64,000 nucleotides of DNA from the human T2T-CHM13v2.0 reference genome, Homo sapiens, in assembly GCF_009914755.1 (NCBI RefSeq), contig NC_060933.1. One strand, written 5' to 3'. The notes under the pieces were generated by a model that saw nothing but the letters and a program-made list of their open reading frames with translations, was not told the DNA's origin and ran no database searches. Positions 16,270 through 30,282 of the stretch are shown in pieces. Numbering within the stretch: the first letter of the stretch is position 1; each line of letters starts with the position of its first letter. A program made the translations under genes and the position numbers.

Positions 16270-16785
16270 GCAGTGAAGCCTTTGCCCTTATTAAGGATAT
16301 ATTCTATTAAAAGAGAGGCAATAAGTAAGTATATGAAAAGTGTGATAAATGTTAAACAGAAAAACAAAACAGGATAAAGAGACTGAGATATGACGGTTGG
16401 GAGATACTTTGGATGAGTTGCAAAAGACAGCTTTCTAGGGCATGAAGGAAATATAGGAGAGCCAAATGAATACCTGGGTGAAAAGTGTCCTAGGCAATGG
16501 GGGTAGCAAATACATCCCTGAGAAAGAAGGATGTTTGGCTTCATGAACAGCAGGGTAACAAGTGGCTGAAGCAGACAATGAGCTGCAGTGGAGATTAGGT
16601 CACCAGCTTGGAGAAATAGTGAGAGTCCATGTCATGTGGGGCTGCTAGGGTTTGAAAGATGCTTTAGATTGTATTCTAAATGTGATTGCCCATGAGAATC
16701 TGCTGGAGGATTGAGCAAGGAAGTAGTATGACTTGATTCACATTTTTAAAAACCCTGATAGATGGAGAATAGCTGACAGGAAATG
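16270..16785 (-). mobile_element. L2 fragment (resumes ~17194-17220)
   Basis: GGTGAAAAGTGTCCTAGGCAATGGG, TTTAGATTGTATTCTAAATGTGAT, TTGAGCAAGGAAGTAGTATGAC. Confidence 0.7.
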
Positions 16786-16789
16786 ATGC

Positions 16790-17193
16790 ATAGACTGGAT
16801 TAAGAAAATGTGGCACATAAACACCATGGAATACTATGCAGCCATAAAAAAGGATGAGTTTGTGTCCTTTGTAGGGACATGGATGAAGCTGGAAACCATC
16901 ATTCTCAGCAAACTATCGCAAGGACAAAAAACCAAACACCACATGTTCTCACTCATAGGTGGGAATTGAACAATGGGAACAGATGGATACAGGAAGGGGA
17001 ACATCACACACCGGGGACTGTTGTGGGGTCGGGGGAAGGGAATGGGATAGCATTAGGAGATATACCTAATGATAAATGATGAGTTAATGGGTGCAGCACA
17101 CCAACATGGCACATGTATACATATGTAACAAACCTGCACGTTGTGCACATGTACCCTAAAACTTAAAGTATAATAATAATAAAATTAAAAAAA
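16790..17193 (+). mobile_element. L1PA (PA4/5-like) 3' end, ~400 bp
   Basis: ATAGACTGGATTAAGAAAATGTGGC...GTACCCTAAAACTTAAAGTATAATAAT then poly(A). Confidence 0.95.
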
Positions 17194-17671
17194 AGCAAGA
17201 AGACCAGGTAGGCTACTGTACTTGTTTTGTCTGTTTAACTTTCAATATTCATTGTGCCTCCTTTGCTCTCAAAATCCTAATAGTTTCAATAATTTAAATC
17301 AACACTGACATGATCATTTCCACTTATATTTGAGACATTTTGGCACATAAGTCCATAAGTGTAATAAGATAACAATAATCTGACAGGAGACAACAAACAA
17401 CAAAAAATTCCAGAGATAATTTCCCTAGAACTCAGTTCTCATATAATATGACTATTTTCTTATTTGTAACCATACATTATGACATCTATTAATGAAGAGT
17501 ATATACAAATGTTAAAATGGCTGATGTGTATTTATATACTGTAGAACCAGTGTTCAAAATGGCTGATGTATGTTAATAGTATGAGGCTAGATATGACATT
17601 TTGAGTCTCGAAAAATAAATAATTGAGTGGGGAGGAGAAGAAAAATAAGTAATCTGTTTACATGCTCAGAA

Positions 17672-17928
17672 GGTTTTAAAGATTTTTTTATTTCAATAGT
17701 TTTAGGGGTACAAATGGCTTTTGGTTACATGGGTAAATTGTATAATGGTGAAGTCTGGACTTGTAGTGTACCTATCACCCAGATAGTGTTCATTGCACCC
17801 AATAGGTGATTTTTTCTTTTTTACCCCTCACTCCCCTCCCTTGTTCATCCCTTCTGAGTCTCCAATGTCCATTATACCACTCTGTACAACTGTGTGTATG
17901 CATGGCTTAGCTCCCACTTGTGAGACCA
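17672..17928 (-). mobile_element. L1PB-like 3' end
   Basis: TTTCAATAGTTTTAGGGGTACAAATGGCTTTTGGTTACATGG...TTAGCTCCCACTTGTGAG; flanked by TACATGCTCAGA at 17659-17670 and 17929-17940. Confidence 0.8.
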
Positions 17929-18737
17929 TACATGCTCAGATTTTGAACTTTTGCAGAAAAAAAACCTGAATTACAGAAAATTGCTTCCCTATAATACCAA
18001 CACCTTCACCAAGTAAAGTTAACCTGATGATCTAATCAAATATATGAAGAGATAATTGTCTATTTGATAGTCATGCCAATTTTCTTTTGTCTTTTTTGCG
18101 TGGTTGCCATTTTATTTTTTACTCTCATTGGAAAAAATATGTTTTGATTAAAAGAAGCATATTCTTAAATGGAAGAAATGTTTGTTTTAAAGCAGCCATC
18201 ATTATATTAAATTTAACCTGGGACATATGCTAAAAATGGAAGCTGGTGTCATAATGTGCTTCTGGTCCTCTGGGAAAGTTTTTAACTCAGCAGGCTATGA
18301 AGATCATGATAAATCCTCAGGACAGTAATCCAGAAACTGCTAATGATTGCATTCTTACATGTTAAAGAAGATGTGCAGAGTCAGCAAAGAACACTTAAAT
18401 ACAAGCAGGAAGAAGATGGAAATCAAGGCCTGCTTGCACAAGGGAATCTTTTACATGCAGACTACAGTTTTTACGCTTAAAAGTTGTCAAGAAGCTCTAT
18501 TACCACATATTCCAAATGATGCACTGATTAAGGAAGGTCAGTATGTCTTTTGGGAGGTTGACAGTCATGATATAGTAACTATGCAAAGCTGCAAGTCTCT
18601 GGAGTAATATTTGTGTCTAATCTATACGGTCACAGGAAATATAACTGCCAAAAATGCCATATTTATCATCTTGAGTAGTTTTATCAGCACTACCTGATGT
18701 CGTACTCAAAAGAAAAATCACCAAAAATTTGCTTGGT

Positions 18738-18910
18738 CATTCAATCATGTATCCTTTGTGAAATGTGCTTGAGGCAATCTCTGTACCTGGTGCTCACATA
18801 ATAAAGGTGAAAATGAGACACTGTCCCTGCCCTCATTGTGCTAAAAAATAAGAGAAAAAAAGATAAATAAAATATTTTAATATAATGTGATAACTGCTAT
18901 CATAGAAGCA
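18738..18910 (-). mobile_element. L2 3' fragment
   Basis: CATTCAATCA..CTGTACCTGGTGCT..CACTGTCCCTGCCCTCA. Confidence 0.55.
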
Positions 18911-19334
18911 AAATCAAAATGTTAGAGAAAGTGCCACCTTAGCTTGAGGATTCTCCATAAAATGTATACACAAACCTAAGAATAAGGAAGAACTAATAAA
19001 AGGTATAATCAAAGATGCCTTTTTAAGCATGAGAAAACAAAAAAATAAATTAATATTTTTACATTCTCTAAGTTCTTTAACAACTCTAGCACTAAAGTCT
19101 TCCTGTTTTGAATCTACCTCTATTGCTTTTCTACTATACTGCACAAGCAAAAGGTTTTTTTTAAATTAATTTCTGATCGTATAAATATTTAGAATGTTCC
19201 TCTTACATATGATTGCCTTTTTTAGAATTTGGCAATAGCATTGCAAACAAAAATAGACATATTTTCTTTGATATAGCTTATATAAGAGCAGGGATATATT
19301 ATTCAAATAAATACAAAAGTAAAAATTAGTATTT

Positions 19335-22300
19335 AGCTTCCAATATAAGGACCATGCTGCTAACACCAACCCTCCAGCAATTAACCACTACAAAATGTGC
19401 ACAAAATACAAAAATAATTACTTGAAGGTTTTGTAGGGTGAAATGTGCAGGCAGGATTTGAAGGGGAGTCAAAATATGGAAAATGGGATCAGAGGAGGAT
19501 GGTTCTTATTTTGCAGGTTTAGTTTGAGGATAGGCCATGATCACTACCCAGCCCAGGGCAGCTGAAGCTCCATAAGAAAACCTGCAATCTTTCTGTCTTG
19601 TAAAACTATAAAAGAACGGCTGAAGGGCCATAGTCACCAGGAAGTGAGGGAGCAATCCTGAACAAAGAGTGTCGCAGCAAAGGAACCCCAGTTCCTGTGT
19701 GTTAACTCTGACCAAGTAGCTGGCTAATGCTTGAACAATAAACACCTTAGACAAGGTGCAAAAATTTAACGGAGAAAGGGTCTTCCCCCCACTGTAGATG
19801 GGAAAGGTTTTGCATTTTGAGTCTAACTACATCACTACCTGTTGAAACAAACAAAAAATTTAAGACTTTTCTGAAGGAATATAATAAAATCCACAGCCTC
19901 CACAAAATAACATTCACAGTGTCCAAAATAATATTTAAAATTATGTGAGTATAAGAAATATAGGGAAATGTGGAAATTTGACCCATTTACGAAAGAAAAG
20001 CATCAGAGATCAATGCTGAGATGACTCAGATATCATAGTTCAAGGACATTAACAGGTGGTGTTACTATGTTCAATGAATTAAAAGAAGTAGCATTATGAT
20101 GAATGGAAAGATGTGAAATCTCAAAAGAGAAATATAAAAGATTTTAAATCAATCAGATGGAAACTTTAGAACTATGAAGATACATTACCTGAAATAAAAA
20201 ATTTCTGGAATGGGCTCAATAGCAGAGAAAAGAGTCAGTGGCCTTGGAGATAACAAATAGAATTTATTGAATTTTAAGAACAGAGAAAAAATAATAGGAA
20301 AAAAATAATCAGGGAGTCAGGATCCCTATTGTGTGGAAATAGATCTAAAATATGTGTAGAGTTCCAAAAGAGAGAAGGAACAAATGATAGAAAAAAATAT
20401 TTGAAGAGATAATGAAAATAACTAATTTGGAGAAACACAAATGAACAGTTTTAAGATATTCGGTGAACCCCACATGGGTTTAGCATGAACAAAACTATGC
20501 ACACATCATAATCAATGCACTAAAGACAAAGATAAAGAGTAAATCTTGAAAGCAGCTAGAGAAAAACAACATATTACAATTGTTTTAGAAAAAAATTGAG
20601 TGACAGGGACTTCTCAGAAAAATGTATGAAGGCAATAAGATAGAAGTCCAGTATCTTTAAAGAACTGAAAGAAAAAAGTAAATAAACTATCAAATCAGAT
20701 TTCCATATCTAGCAAAATATGATTCAGAAATAAAGGCATGCTAAAGACATTTCAGATAAATAAATATAAAAAAAATATGCAAAATCTTTCAGAATATAGA
20801 CAAGAAATTAGTTTCCCCAACTTGTTTTAGGAGGCCATCATAAATATTATACCAAAACCTGCAGACATTAAAACTATAAATAAAGTTAGGTACAAATAGT
20901 CCTCATGCACATAAACATAAATATTTGTAAAACATATTAGCATATTAATTCAATGTTAGATATGGTTCATCCCAGAAATGCAAGGCTTAACATATGAAAA
21001 TCATAGGAATAACAATTGAATATAATAGGGCTATAGGAACAAGGTTACGTGCAAGTATTAACTGTGTGCATGTATATGTATACACACGTACATTCACAAT
21101 AAAAGATTGGAAGTAAATTAAAATAAAAAATTCCACTTAAAATATTATTAAAAATCTACTTAGGAATGAATGTAACAAATGTTAAAGGACTTTTAACTGA
21201 AAACTATAAAAGATAGTTGAGAAAATGTAAATACAACAGACACAATAATGAAGAAATAGTCTCTGCTGATGCGTAGGAAGACTCAATACTGTTAAGTTGG
21301 CAATTTTTCTCAAATTAACCTTCAAATGTACCCTATTCTCAATCAAAATACTACTAGTGTATATATATATATTAGATATTGACAAGCTGATTCTAATATC
21401 TATGTGGAAAGTTAACAACATAGAATAACCAAAGCAATAACAAGAACAAAAAGAAAACTGTAACACTTATATTATGTGAAAACTCATTTTCCATCTGTTT
21501 TTATCCAGTAATATAGTCCTTGCACAAGAATCATCTTCATAGATTAATGGGAAAAATAGAGTTCGGAAATAAACCCGCACCTATTTGGTTGAGTAATTTT
21601 TTTTAAAACAAAGGTGTCAAGGCAATCAACTGGGAACAGAAAGACCTTTCACAAATGGTGCTGTGAAAATTAGAAATCCACAAGGAAAAGCAAAAAAAAA
21701 GCATCTTTCCTTCCCTCACATCATACATGAAAGAGAACACAAAGTGAATTATGAGTCTAAAAGTAAAAATGAAAGTATAGTACTTTTAGAAGAAAACAAA
21801 GAAAATCCATGTGACTTTGGTGTCAGCAAAGATGATATAAATAGGGTATAAAACCATAAGCCACTAAAGAAAAAAATAATAAATTGAATATTATGAAAAA
21901 TTTTTAAATGATCTTCAAAGACCCTGTTAGGAAGAGACAAGTCATAACCTGGGAGATATTATGAATAACACATAGAGCTGACAAAGTGCTTATATCCCTC
22001 TAGAATGTATAAAGAACTCTTACAACTTAATCATAAGAAGATAAATGCTTCAAAAAAATAGGTAGATCTCAGCAGATATTTTTCAAAAGAAGTTGTAAGT
22101 TATAAGTGCATGAAATGCATGTGTCTCATTAGGAAAATCCAAAGTAAAACCACAGCAATATACTACTACACTCCCATGAGAATGGTTAAGAATGGTTAAA
22201 ATTAAAAAGCTAACAATAGTTGGTATTGATAACCATATGGAACAATTTGAACTCTTATAAACTGCTGATATGCATGTCAAATAGTACCACGTTGGAAAAC

Positions 22301-22390
22301 CAAGAAATCTGCAAGTTTCTTAAAACATTAAACTTCCACCTGACAGATGACCCAAGGTATTTATTTAAGAAACACAAAAACATACCTCAA
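19335..22390 (+). mobile_element. Old L1M with 5' region, ORF1 and internally deleted ORF2
   Basis: ORF1-like GATAAAGAGTAAATCTTGAAAGCAGCTAGAGAAAAA; jump to RT region near 20780 (CCCAGAAATGCAAGG); later GGAAGACTCAATACTGTTAAG. Confidence 0.8.
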
Positions 22391-25300
22391 TTCAGTTGAA
22401 AAACAATAAAGACAGACAGATACATAGAGAGACAAGTGGTTGGGAGTCAGAAATTTCAGGTTCTGTTGGTTGAAATACTGTTTTAAAGCCACTTTTGACA
22501 AAGCAAGTAAGTATGCAGACCAACATTTTCCAACATTAAACTAACTAAAGGAGTATATCTGAATAATAAACTTAATATCATGTCATCATAAGCATCACTA
22601 GTAAATCCAAGAAGAAAGTCAGAGATGGAATAAATAACTGGAAGCCACACTGTATGCAGATGCCAAAAAATAGGCAGCTAGTAATACACCATGGCCTATG
22701 ATTAATGCAAGAGAGATGGTCAGAAACAAGGCCTGAGGTTGAAAGAGAAGTTGCTCTTAGCTAGAGAGGAACTTTTAAAGAGAAAATACTCAGAGTAAAG
22801 CCACACATTTCTGTCTAGAAAAGAAATATCTGACGTGTTCAGCTCAAGGTTTAATCTACCCAGATAAAGGGCAAATATAGCATGCTGACTGGGGTAAAAA
22901 GTAAAGGATGAAGGATTAAAAGATGGATTGTAAGAAGATTCTATTTTTTTCAGAGAAAAACAAAGAAAAAAATGAGAATAGATCAACATAGCAAATCGAG
23001 GTAAAAACAGAAGGTTGCTAGGGAAAATTGGAATAACTCATGGACTCTAATTTAGTTTTCAGACTAAAGAGGAATGTCAAAAGCAAGGACCAAAAAGAGC
23101 ATTTGGACTAAGACCAAAAACTAAGAGTTTTTCTTAGTCCAAAGAGATTTAAATCATTGTGTCTCTGATCAGAAACTCACAAGTTACAAATAATCGAAAT
23201 GTGAGAGCACCTACACCTAACCCTTCTCTAGGGAACACCACACTGCTGTAGCCATTGCGCCTGTTATGAAAACACACAACTATTAAAAGAATTTGTAAAT
23301 TCTGAGATAGAGTAAGGGGGAAAATATGAAAAGCAGAAAGAGCACATATGGAGGCTTATTCTGATGTTTGAATTTCAGACAAGGCCTGTCCCATCTTTTG
23401 AGATCTCTGCCCAAATATATATATCTTTCTATAATATCTGAGTTTCTATTTTAACCCTTATACAAAAAATATAGTTTTTTGAAATGAAAATTCAGTTGGC
23501 TGGCATGAGAAATTAGATACTGTCCTCATATGATATGAGTAAATTTAATAATCAATGGTATATGGGAATTTCAATAAGTCAATAATTAGTTGAGTTATGG
23601 AAATTTTGATTATGATGAGACAAATGATTTGCAAACAGTATTAGTAAAGAAAAGCAGTGAAAATAGTAGTAGAAACTAAGATAAATAGATAAAGAATGTA
23701 GGAAAGGAAGAGAGAAAAGTACTGAAAGTTTTCTTAGGCCTCTTCTGCATCAGATATGGATGGGGAGAACATGGGTGTATCTTTCTTCTCCTTCCTGAAT
23801 TATGCAACCCACTTCTTCTCCTTGACACCAAAAATAGGCTAGTTATGGTGCAATAATTGAATCTCATTGTAGATTAAATAAACTGTAGTGGATTGTTTGA
23901 GTGTGGGAATCTTAGTGCCAATTGTAGTATTCCTTTGTTTTTATGTTACAAATATGTGTTTTAAATAAAAAATGAATTTGTAGTTTAGGAAGGTAGAGAA
24001 TGGTGACATACTTCAATTATTAGTAATGGCCCCAACTCCTTTAGGATTGTGGTTAAGTTGCAATCTTTAACTCTTTATGTGTAAGTTTTTATTATTTTGA
24101 AATGAGGCTAGAAATGCCATAACCTAAAGTAGAAATTGTATTTAAAACAAAAGAAACAAAGAACATATCTTCACTGATCTGAGGTAGCTCAAGCAGAGGT
24201 AGCTCTAACAGAGGCAAAACAGTAACTTTGAAAATAATTATTGTCACATTGGCAATCACCAGTGATACTTGCACTCAAGGGTTTCTTTATCATTGGTATC
24301 TAGAAAAGTTGAAGGAGGAAGATACAATGGCCTAACTTTTATTAAAGTACAATAATATGTAATCTGAGCATCTAACAGGTGGAAAGTTGACATTCAAATT
24401 TGATACTCAAAATATAAAAACACCGATTGAATCCTGTTTATCCTTTAGTGAATGTGTATTTAAAATCAGGTGGTCATCAACTAAAATTGAGAACTGCATA
24501 GGTTTTGAGTATACTAGGGTTTAGTTTCTGATCATAATTCCGTTCTTATAGTTCAGTCAATTATTTTACAGGTTGTGAGAATGACACTCCTGGAAACATT
24601 TTTGTGTACCATATTTCTAAATATTTCACCTAATGATTTGACATTTTATAGAATGAGAAAAGTATTCCGAGACACAGCATCAAGCTGTTTGCTGTTAGGG
24701 GTAAAAATCACATTGGCGAGAGTAGCTAAACTTTTACAAAATCTTCCAAAATGGGTATCTCCAGAATAAAAGCTATCAGGCTGTTTATATGTACAAAGAG
24801 AGATAGAAGCCTGAGGAAAGAAAGGAAAAGGATGTGGTAGGCAAAGTCAAGTTACTGAGAAGTATATGCCTGGAAAGAAATGTACACAGTGTTTTATAAT
24901 AAGATTTTAGGTCTTCTATTAAGATTCAATTCATTTATTGTTGGAATATTAAATTGCACATTTGAGTTCCTGGTAATTGAATTACTGATGGTCATACCAA
25001 AATCTTTTATTAGGAGTAAATTTCAGTTTAAAACTACCTGTTGGATACGAGTTTTGAAAATGACATGGTACTAGAGTGTGGTTTAATACCTTTGCCAAAC
25101 TGATTAATTCTCCACTAATTTATGTTTCAATTCAGACAGTTTTTATCACAGTGTGTTTAAATTTGAAGACTAGGAGCATGAATCAAAATGTCACTGGGCC
25201 CATGAATTAGTGAAAGATGGAACAATGTGTCAGCATTAAATTGGTGAATAGCAACAGCAAGAATTATCTACATGGGGATCAATATTGCTATTTAACTTGA

Positions 25301-25459
25301 TGCTACAAATATTTGACCTTATAGATGTTAACTATTCTTGGATTACACTTGCTTACTCCCATTGCCAAATTATGAAAATCTGGTAAGACTAAAATTATTT
25401 TTTAAAGTTAATTATTATAATTATCATGGCATACTGAAAAGAAGCTGATTAAAATATTG

Positions 25460-25650
25460 TTTATATTCACAAAAATATCTACATTTTATAAAGGAATACA
25501 TTCTTTATTATTCATAGACACTACTGGTGTATAAAGTTCAACTACATGCTGTGTTATTTATATTCACAAAAAATGACATCTATATTCTATAAAGGAATAC
25601 ATATTTTATTATTCATAGTCACTACTGGTGTATAAAGTTCAACTATGTGC
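25460..25650. repeat. Two-copy diverged tandem duplication, period ~97-100 bp
   Basis: TTTATATTCACAAAAA...TATAAAGGAATACAT...CACTACTGGTGTATAAAGTTCAACTA at 25460-25549 and 25557-25650. Confidence 0.9.
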
Positions 25651-25711
25651 CATATGTCAATTATTATCAAATGAGATATGAAAGAGTCACCTTTACATAA
25701 GCATTTATTGC

Positions 25712-25797
25712 TACACACATATACATATATATACTACACACATATACATATATACACATAGTTTCATATGTATATACACACACACATACACACATAT
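25712..25797. repeat. (CA/TA)n low-complexity tract
   Basis: Mixed CATA/CACA run. Confidence 0.8.
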
Positions 25798-27644
25798 GGT
25801 TAAAGCATAAGTATATATAATTTTACTAGATTCTAAATTGTGTCTAGAGTCAAGATCATTAAAAACCAATGATGGAAGAGGAAAAATGCCTTGAAAGACA
25901 TTTAAAATTGCACCAAGATAATGAGAATTGTGCATATTTGAAACATGATAGTCAAATGAAATTATTTTAGAGAATGAAATGATGAGAGATAAGACTATAA
26001 ATGTTAGTATGTTCAAGAAAATGAATATACTAAAAATAGACAAACATTTGACCTAAAACAGGCTTTAAAGTCAGACATATAAGGAATATGAAAAAGAGAT
26101 GGACAATCTAATATCAAATAGCACTTATTAGATAAATAAATACATATATAAATGAGTATAAAAATTATCTTCCAGATAGGACAAAGAAATGCACGGTTTT
26201 GTTGCCCCGTTTAAATATGGGAAACAAATATGAGACACAAAAATGTTTCCAGTAATGTCATTCTCACCACTTGGAAAACAATTGGTGAGACTGGCCTGTA
26301 AGAATGGAATTATGATCAGAAAGTAAATGCTTCTGTACTCAAAGATGTGCGATCATGGTTGTTGCACATCTGGAAGAAAACCATGTCATTTTCTGGTTAT
26401 TATTGGGAAATACTTTTATGGGTCCTCTATAAGGTAGCTTAAGAAATCTAACTGTACTCATCATAATTCATGAGAAGTGCACGTACAAGTCTTAGTTAAG
26501 CACAGGGAGACTCGGGTGGGGTGAAGACAGGGAGAAATGTAGGGAACCTACCTCCTCCAAAAGACAGAGAGAAAAGAGCGTTTTGAAGTTTGGTATAAAT
26601 ATTTAAAACCAAATATGTTTTTTGAATACAACTCATTTTTTAGTTGTTTCTCCAACTCACCCAGATTTGTATCGTTTCATCTGATCTATTCTTTTTTTCT
26701 ATGGACATTGATATAAGGCCCAGTTCTTAGAATAGATGTCAAAGAATATTGTGAAGTCAGCACATTAGTTCACATCACTGACTGATTTTCATGCTTTCTT
26801 ATATCTGTGCAAAATATTAATACTTTTATTCACTTAGAGTAAATACCAGTCAACAGGCTTTTTCTAAAAACTTAATGATTCCCTGCAGAGTATGTAAGAG
26901 AAGTCAGAGTTTGGAAATTATAATTGGCATAGTGAAAATACAGATAGGTCTGGAATATTAAACTGAGGCTAGAGAAAAAATGGTAGGGATGAATTATTGC
27001 TACTTATATTCAGGATCAATCTACATCTTGGAATAATCATTATTTAGGACATGACTCTGTTGGAAAGTAGTGGGTCTAAGAACATATGTAACACACACAC
27101 ACACACACAGAGTTAGTGTATTATTTTATCAGATGGAGTCTGCTCTATTAGCAGTATCACAGTTAACACTGGCTTCAGTGGGTGGTTTCACCTGCCTCTC
27201 TCCACGCAAATAAAATGGGCAATATAAGAAAGAAGCATAGGTATCCTATGTGTCTCCTAAGTTTAGTTACAATCATAGAACTTAAAAGCTATAATAAAAC
27301 TTAGAACCACATTACTCACCCTCTATTTGGTATAATATTAGAAAAGTAGCTCTCTAGAATGGAAAAACAAACAAAAACATTATATGTTAAAATATGGTAA
27401 GAGACATTTGCATAAGCAAAGGTAGTGTATTTCTTTAGAACTTTTCAGAGCTGATTTGGGGCTTCCAGAGTCATTGCCTTTTATACCCCAACATACTCTT
27501 GTATTTAGTCCTTAAGGCTGAGGCCCATGTTAGTAGCTTTGAGAAATAGTGTCCCCGTTCTGCTCATCATGATAATCAGCTCACAAATTCAAGTGGGCTG
27601 TCCAGAGAAGAAGTATAAACAAGGGGCACAAACATAGAAAAAAT

Positions 27645-27770
27645 AGGGGTTAAGAATATTTTGTCTCTGGAGTCAGGAGGCACTAGATGTTTATCCCACT
27701 TCTATTAGCTGTGTGAACTTGAATAAATAAATCCCTTAAGCCCCAGTTTCCTCACATTAAAAATAAGGCT
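27645..27770 (+). mobile_element. MIR fragment
   Basis: GGTTAAGAA..CTCTGGAGTCAG..TTAGCTGTGTGAACTTGAATAAAT..CAGTTTCCTCAC. Confidence 0.7.
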
Positions 27771-27777
27771 GTTTAAG

Positions 27778-28612
27778 CCCCATTAAAAAGTCAGCAAAAA
27801 ACTTAAAAAGACACTTTTCAAAAGAAAACAAACATGTGGCCAATAAGCAAATGAAAAAAAGCTTAACATCACTGATGATTAGAGAAATGTAAATCACAAC
27901 CACAATGGCATATCATCTCACACCAGTCAGAACGGCTATTATTAAAAAGTCAGAAAATAACAGATGCTCACGAGGTAGTGGAGAAAAAGGAACACTTACA
28001 CGTTGACGGGAGTGTAAATTAGTTCAACCATTGTGGGAGACAGTGTGGTGATTCCGCAAAGACCAAAAAACAGAAATACCAATTGGCCGAGAAATCCCAT
28101 TACTGGGTAAATACCCAAAGGAATAAAAATTATTCTATTATAAAGATATATGCACATGTATGTTCAGTGCAGCACTGTTCACGATAGCAAAGACATGGAA
28201 TCAACCTAAATGCCCATCAATGGTAGACTAGATAAAGAAAATGTGGTACATGTACACCATGGAATACTATGAAGCCATAAAAAAGAACGAGATTATGTCC
28301 TTTGCAGGGATATGGATGGAGTTGGAGGCCATTATCCTTAGAAAACTAACGCAGAAACAGCAAACCAAACACCACATGTTCTCATAAGTTGGAGCCAAAT
28401 GATGAGAACACATGGACATATAGAGCGGAACAACAAATAGTGGGGCCTAACAGAAAGCAGAGGTTGTGAGGAGGGAGAAGATCAAGAAAAATAACTAATG
28501 GGTGCTAGGCTTAATAGCTGGGTGAAAAAATCATCTGTACAACAAACCCCCATGACACAAGTTTACCTATATATCAAACCTGCACTTATAGTCTTAAATT
28601 TAAATGTTAAAA
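27778..28612 (+). mobile_element. Older primate L1 (L1PA13-16-like) 3' end
   Basis: ORF2 C-terminal region plus 3'UTR AATAACTAATGGG..CTGTACAACAAACCCCCATGACACAAGTTTACCTAT. Confidence 0.9.
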
Positions 28613-29537
28613 TACATACACTATAAATAGTAGGGCTGCAGAGAGGGTTTAATATAAAATTTTAATATGTTACTATTATTATTTTTATTAGCTTTTTCTA
28701 ACCATCCATCACTATTTTAATGGAGTATCAGCTTCATCTCCAATTCTGAAAAGTAGCTCTTTCATTGGTTTTCTTAAAATGGTATCAAAGAAAAACAGAT
28801 ATCCCTTAGATGAAATTGAGAGACTTTATTTCCAAAGACACTGTATAAAAGAATCCTGAAGTAGTAACTGTTATTTTTGTATTGTTATAAAATAATAAGT
28901 GCTGTTATTTTAATTAAAGTATGAAAATCTCTCTCTCTCTCTCTCACACACACAAACACACACACACAAAAACTTACTTTTTTTTGTCTTGTATTCTATG
29001 TGAAAGGACCTTTAACTGGTCCTAGTGGCATCATATTAATGAGTGATCTTCAGATAGCATATCAATTTTAAGGATGATTTCAAGTATGGCTTTCTCTACT
29101 GAAAATGCTTAATACTTCAGAGAACAGGACATATGCCAATCTCTTCTGAGAATCTGAATTAATGAGCAAAATGTTATTCTTTTGTCAGCCTGATCATGTA
29201 ATGTATTATTATGCTAATTACTTTAAGTAGCTTATATTTTGTCCCTGAAGGTTTTATTCCTTAAAATCACAATGCTAATGTCTCTTTCCTAAACTTATTT
29301 ATATGGAAAACAATGATACAGTTAAGCCCCAAGAACTCCTCAATAGCTGTAGACAAATAAAAAGCACACTAAAGAACTATAGTTAAATATATTTTAAGAC
29401 AGAAAAGCTGTTGTGTAAAAAAAAAAAAAAAAGCTATCTGAAAACTAAAATTAAGTTATCCTCTCTTATAAAAATAAAAGGATGAGTGTGCTATTGTTAC
29501 AATATTGAAAGGATACATATGATCCAATTTTAAAAAG

Positions 29538-29712
29538 TAGTTCTCCACCCTAATTCTGCATTAGGATTAGGATGGCTTAAAGAGCTTAAGCCAGGGCAAT
29601 GCCTGAGCCACACCTAATACCAATTAGATAAATTGGTGGAGCCTATAATTAATATTTTTACAAATCTTTCAAGGTGTTATAATGTGCAGAAAGGCATTCA
29701 AACTACTGATCT
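29538..29712. mobile_element. MER5-like hAT DNA transposon relic
   Basis: AGTAGTTCTC..ATGCCTGAGCCACACC..AGGTGTTATAATGTGCAG..AACTACTG. Confidence 0.5.
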
Positions 29713-29731
29713 AAAACATTGCTCCCTATAA

Positions 29732-29938
29732 ACAATGGCTTCTAAACTTATTTTGTATCATGGGAGTTTTTGAAAATCAGACAATAGCTATTGGTCCTTC
29801 TCTACCTAGAAAAATGCACCCATACACATACACAACCACATAACATATCCACATAGACACCCAAACACATGCTCACACTTGCACACACACGATTTTACAT
29901 ATGACTTTAAGGACAACCCCAAATTCCTGAAGCCCAAT
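29732..29938. mobile_element. MER103-like hAT relic
   Basis: TTTGAAAATCAGA..AGCTAT..CCTAGAAAAATGCAC..CCTGAAGCCCA. Confidence 0.45.
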
Positions 29939-29954
29939 GAAGAAACCTGGCTTT

Positions 29955-30282
<328 letters not shown>

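Noticed and set aside
17510-17577. Short direct repeats AAAATGGCTGATGT x2 (also GAGGTAGCTC x2 near 24181 and CAATATT.ACTA x2 near 924)
   Set aside because: Ordinary slippage micro-duplications with nothing suggesting function.
18347-18607. 86-aa ORF in unique sequence
   Set aside because: Non-ATG start, no recognisable domain and no convincing splice context; the same applies to the other short AT-rich ORFs.
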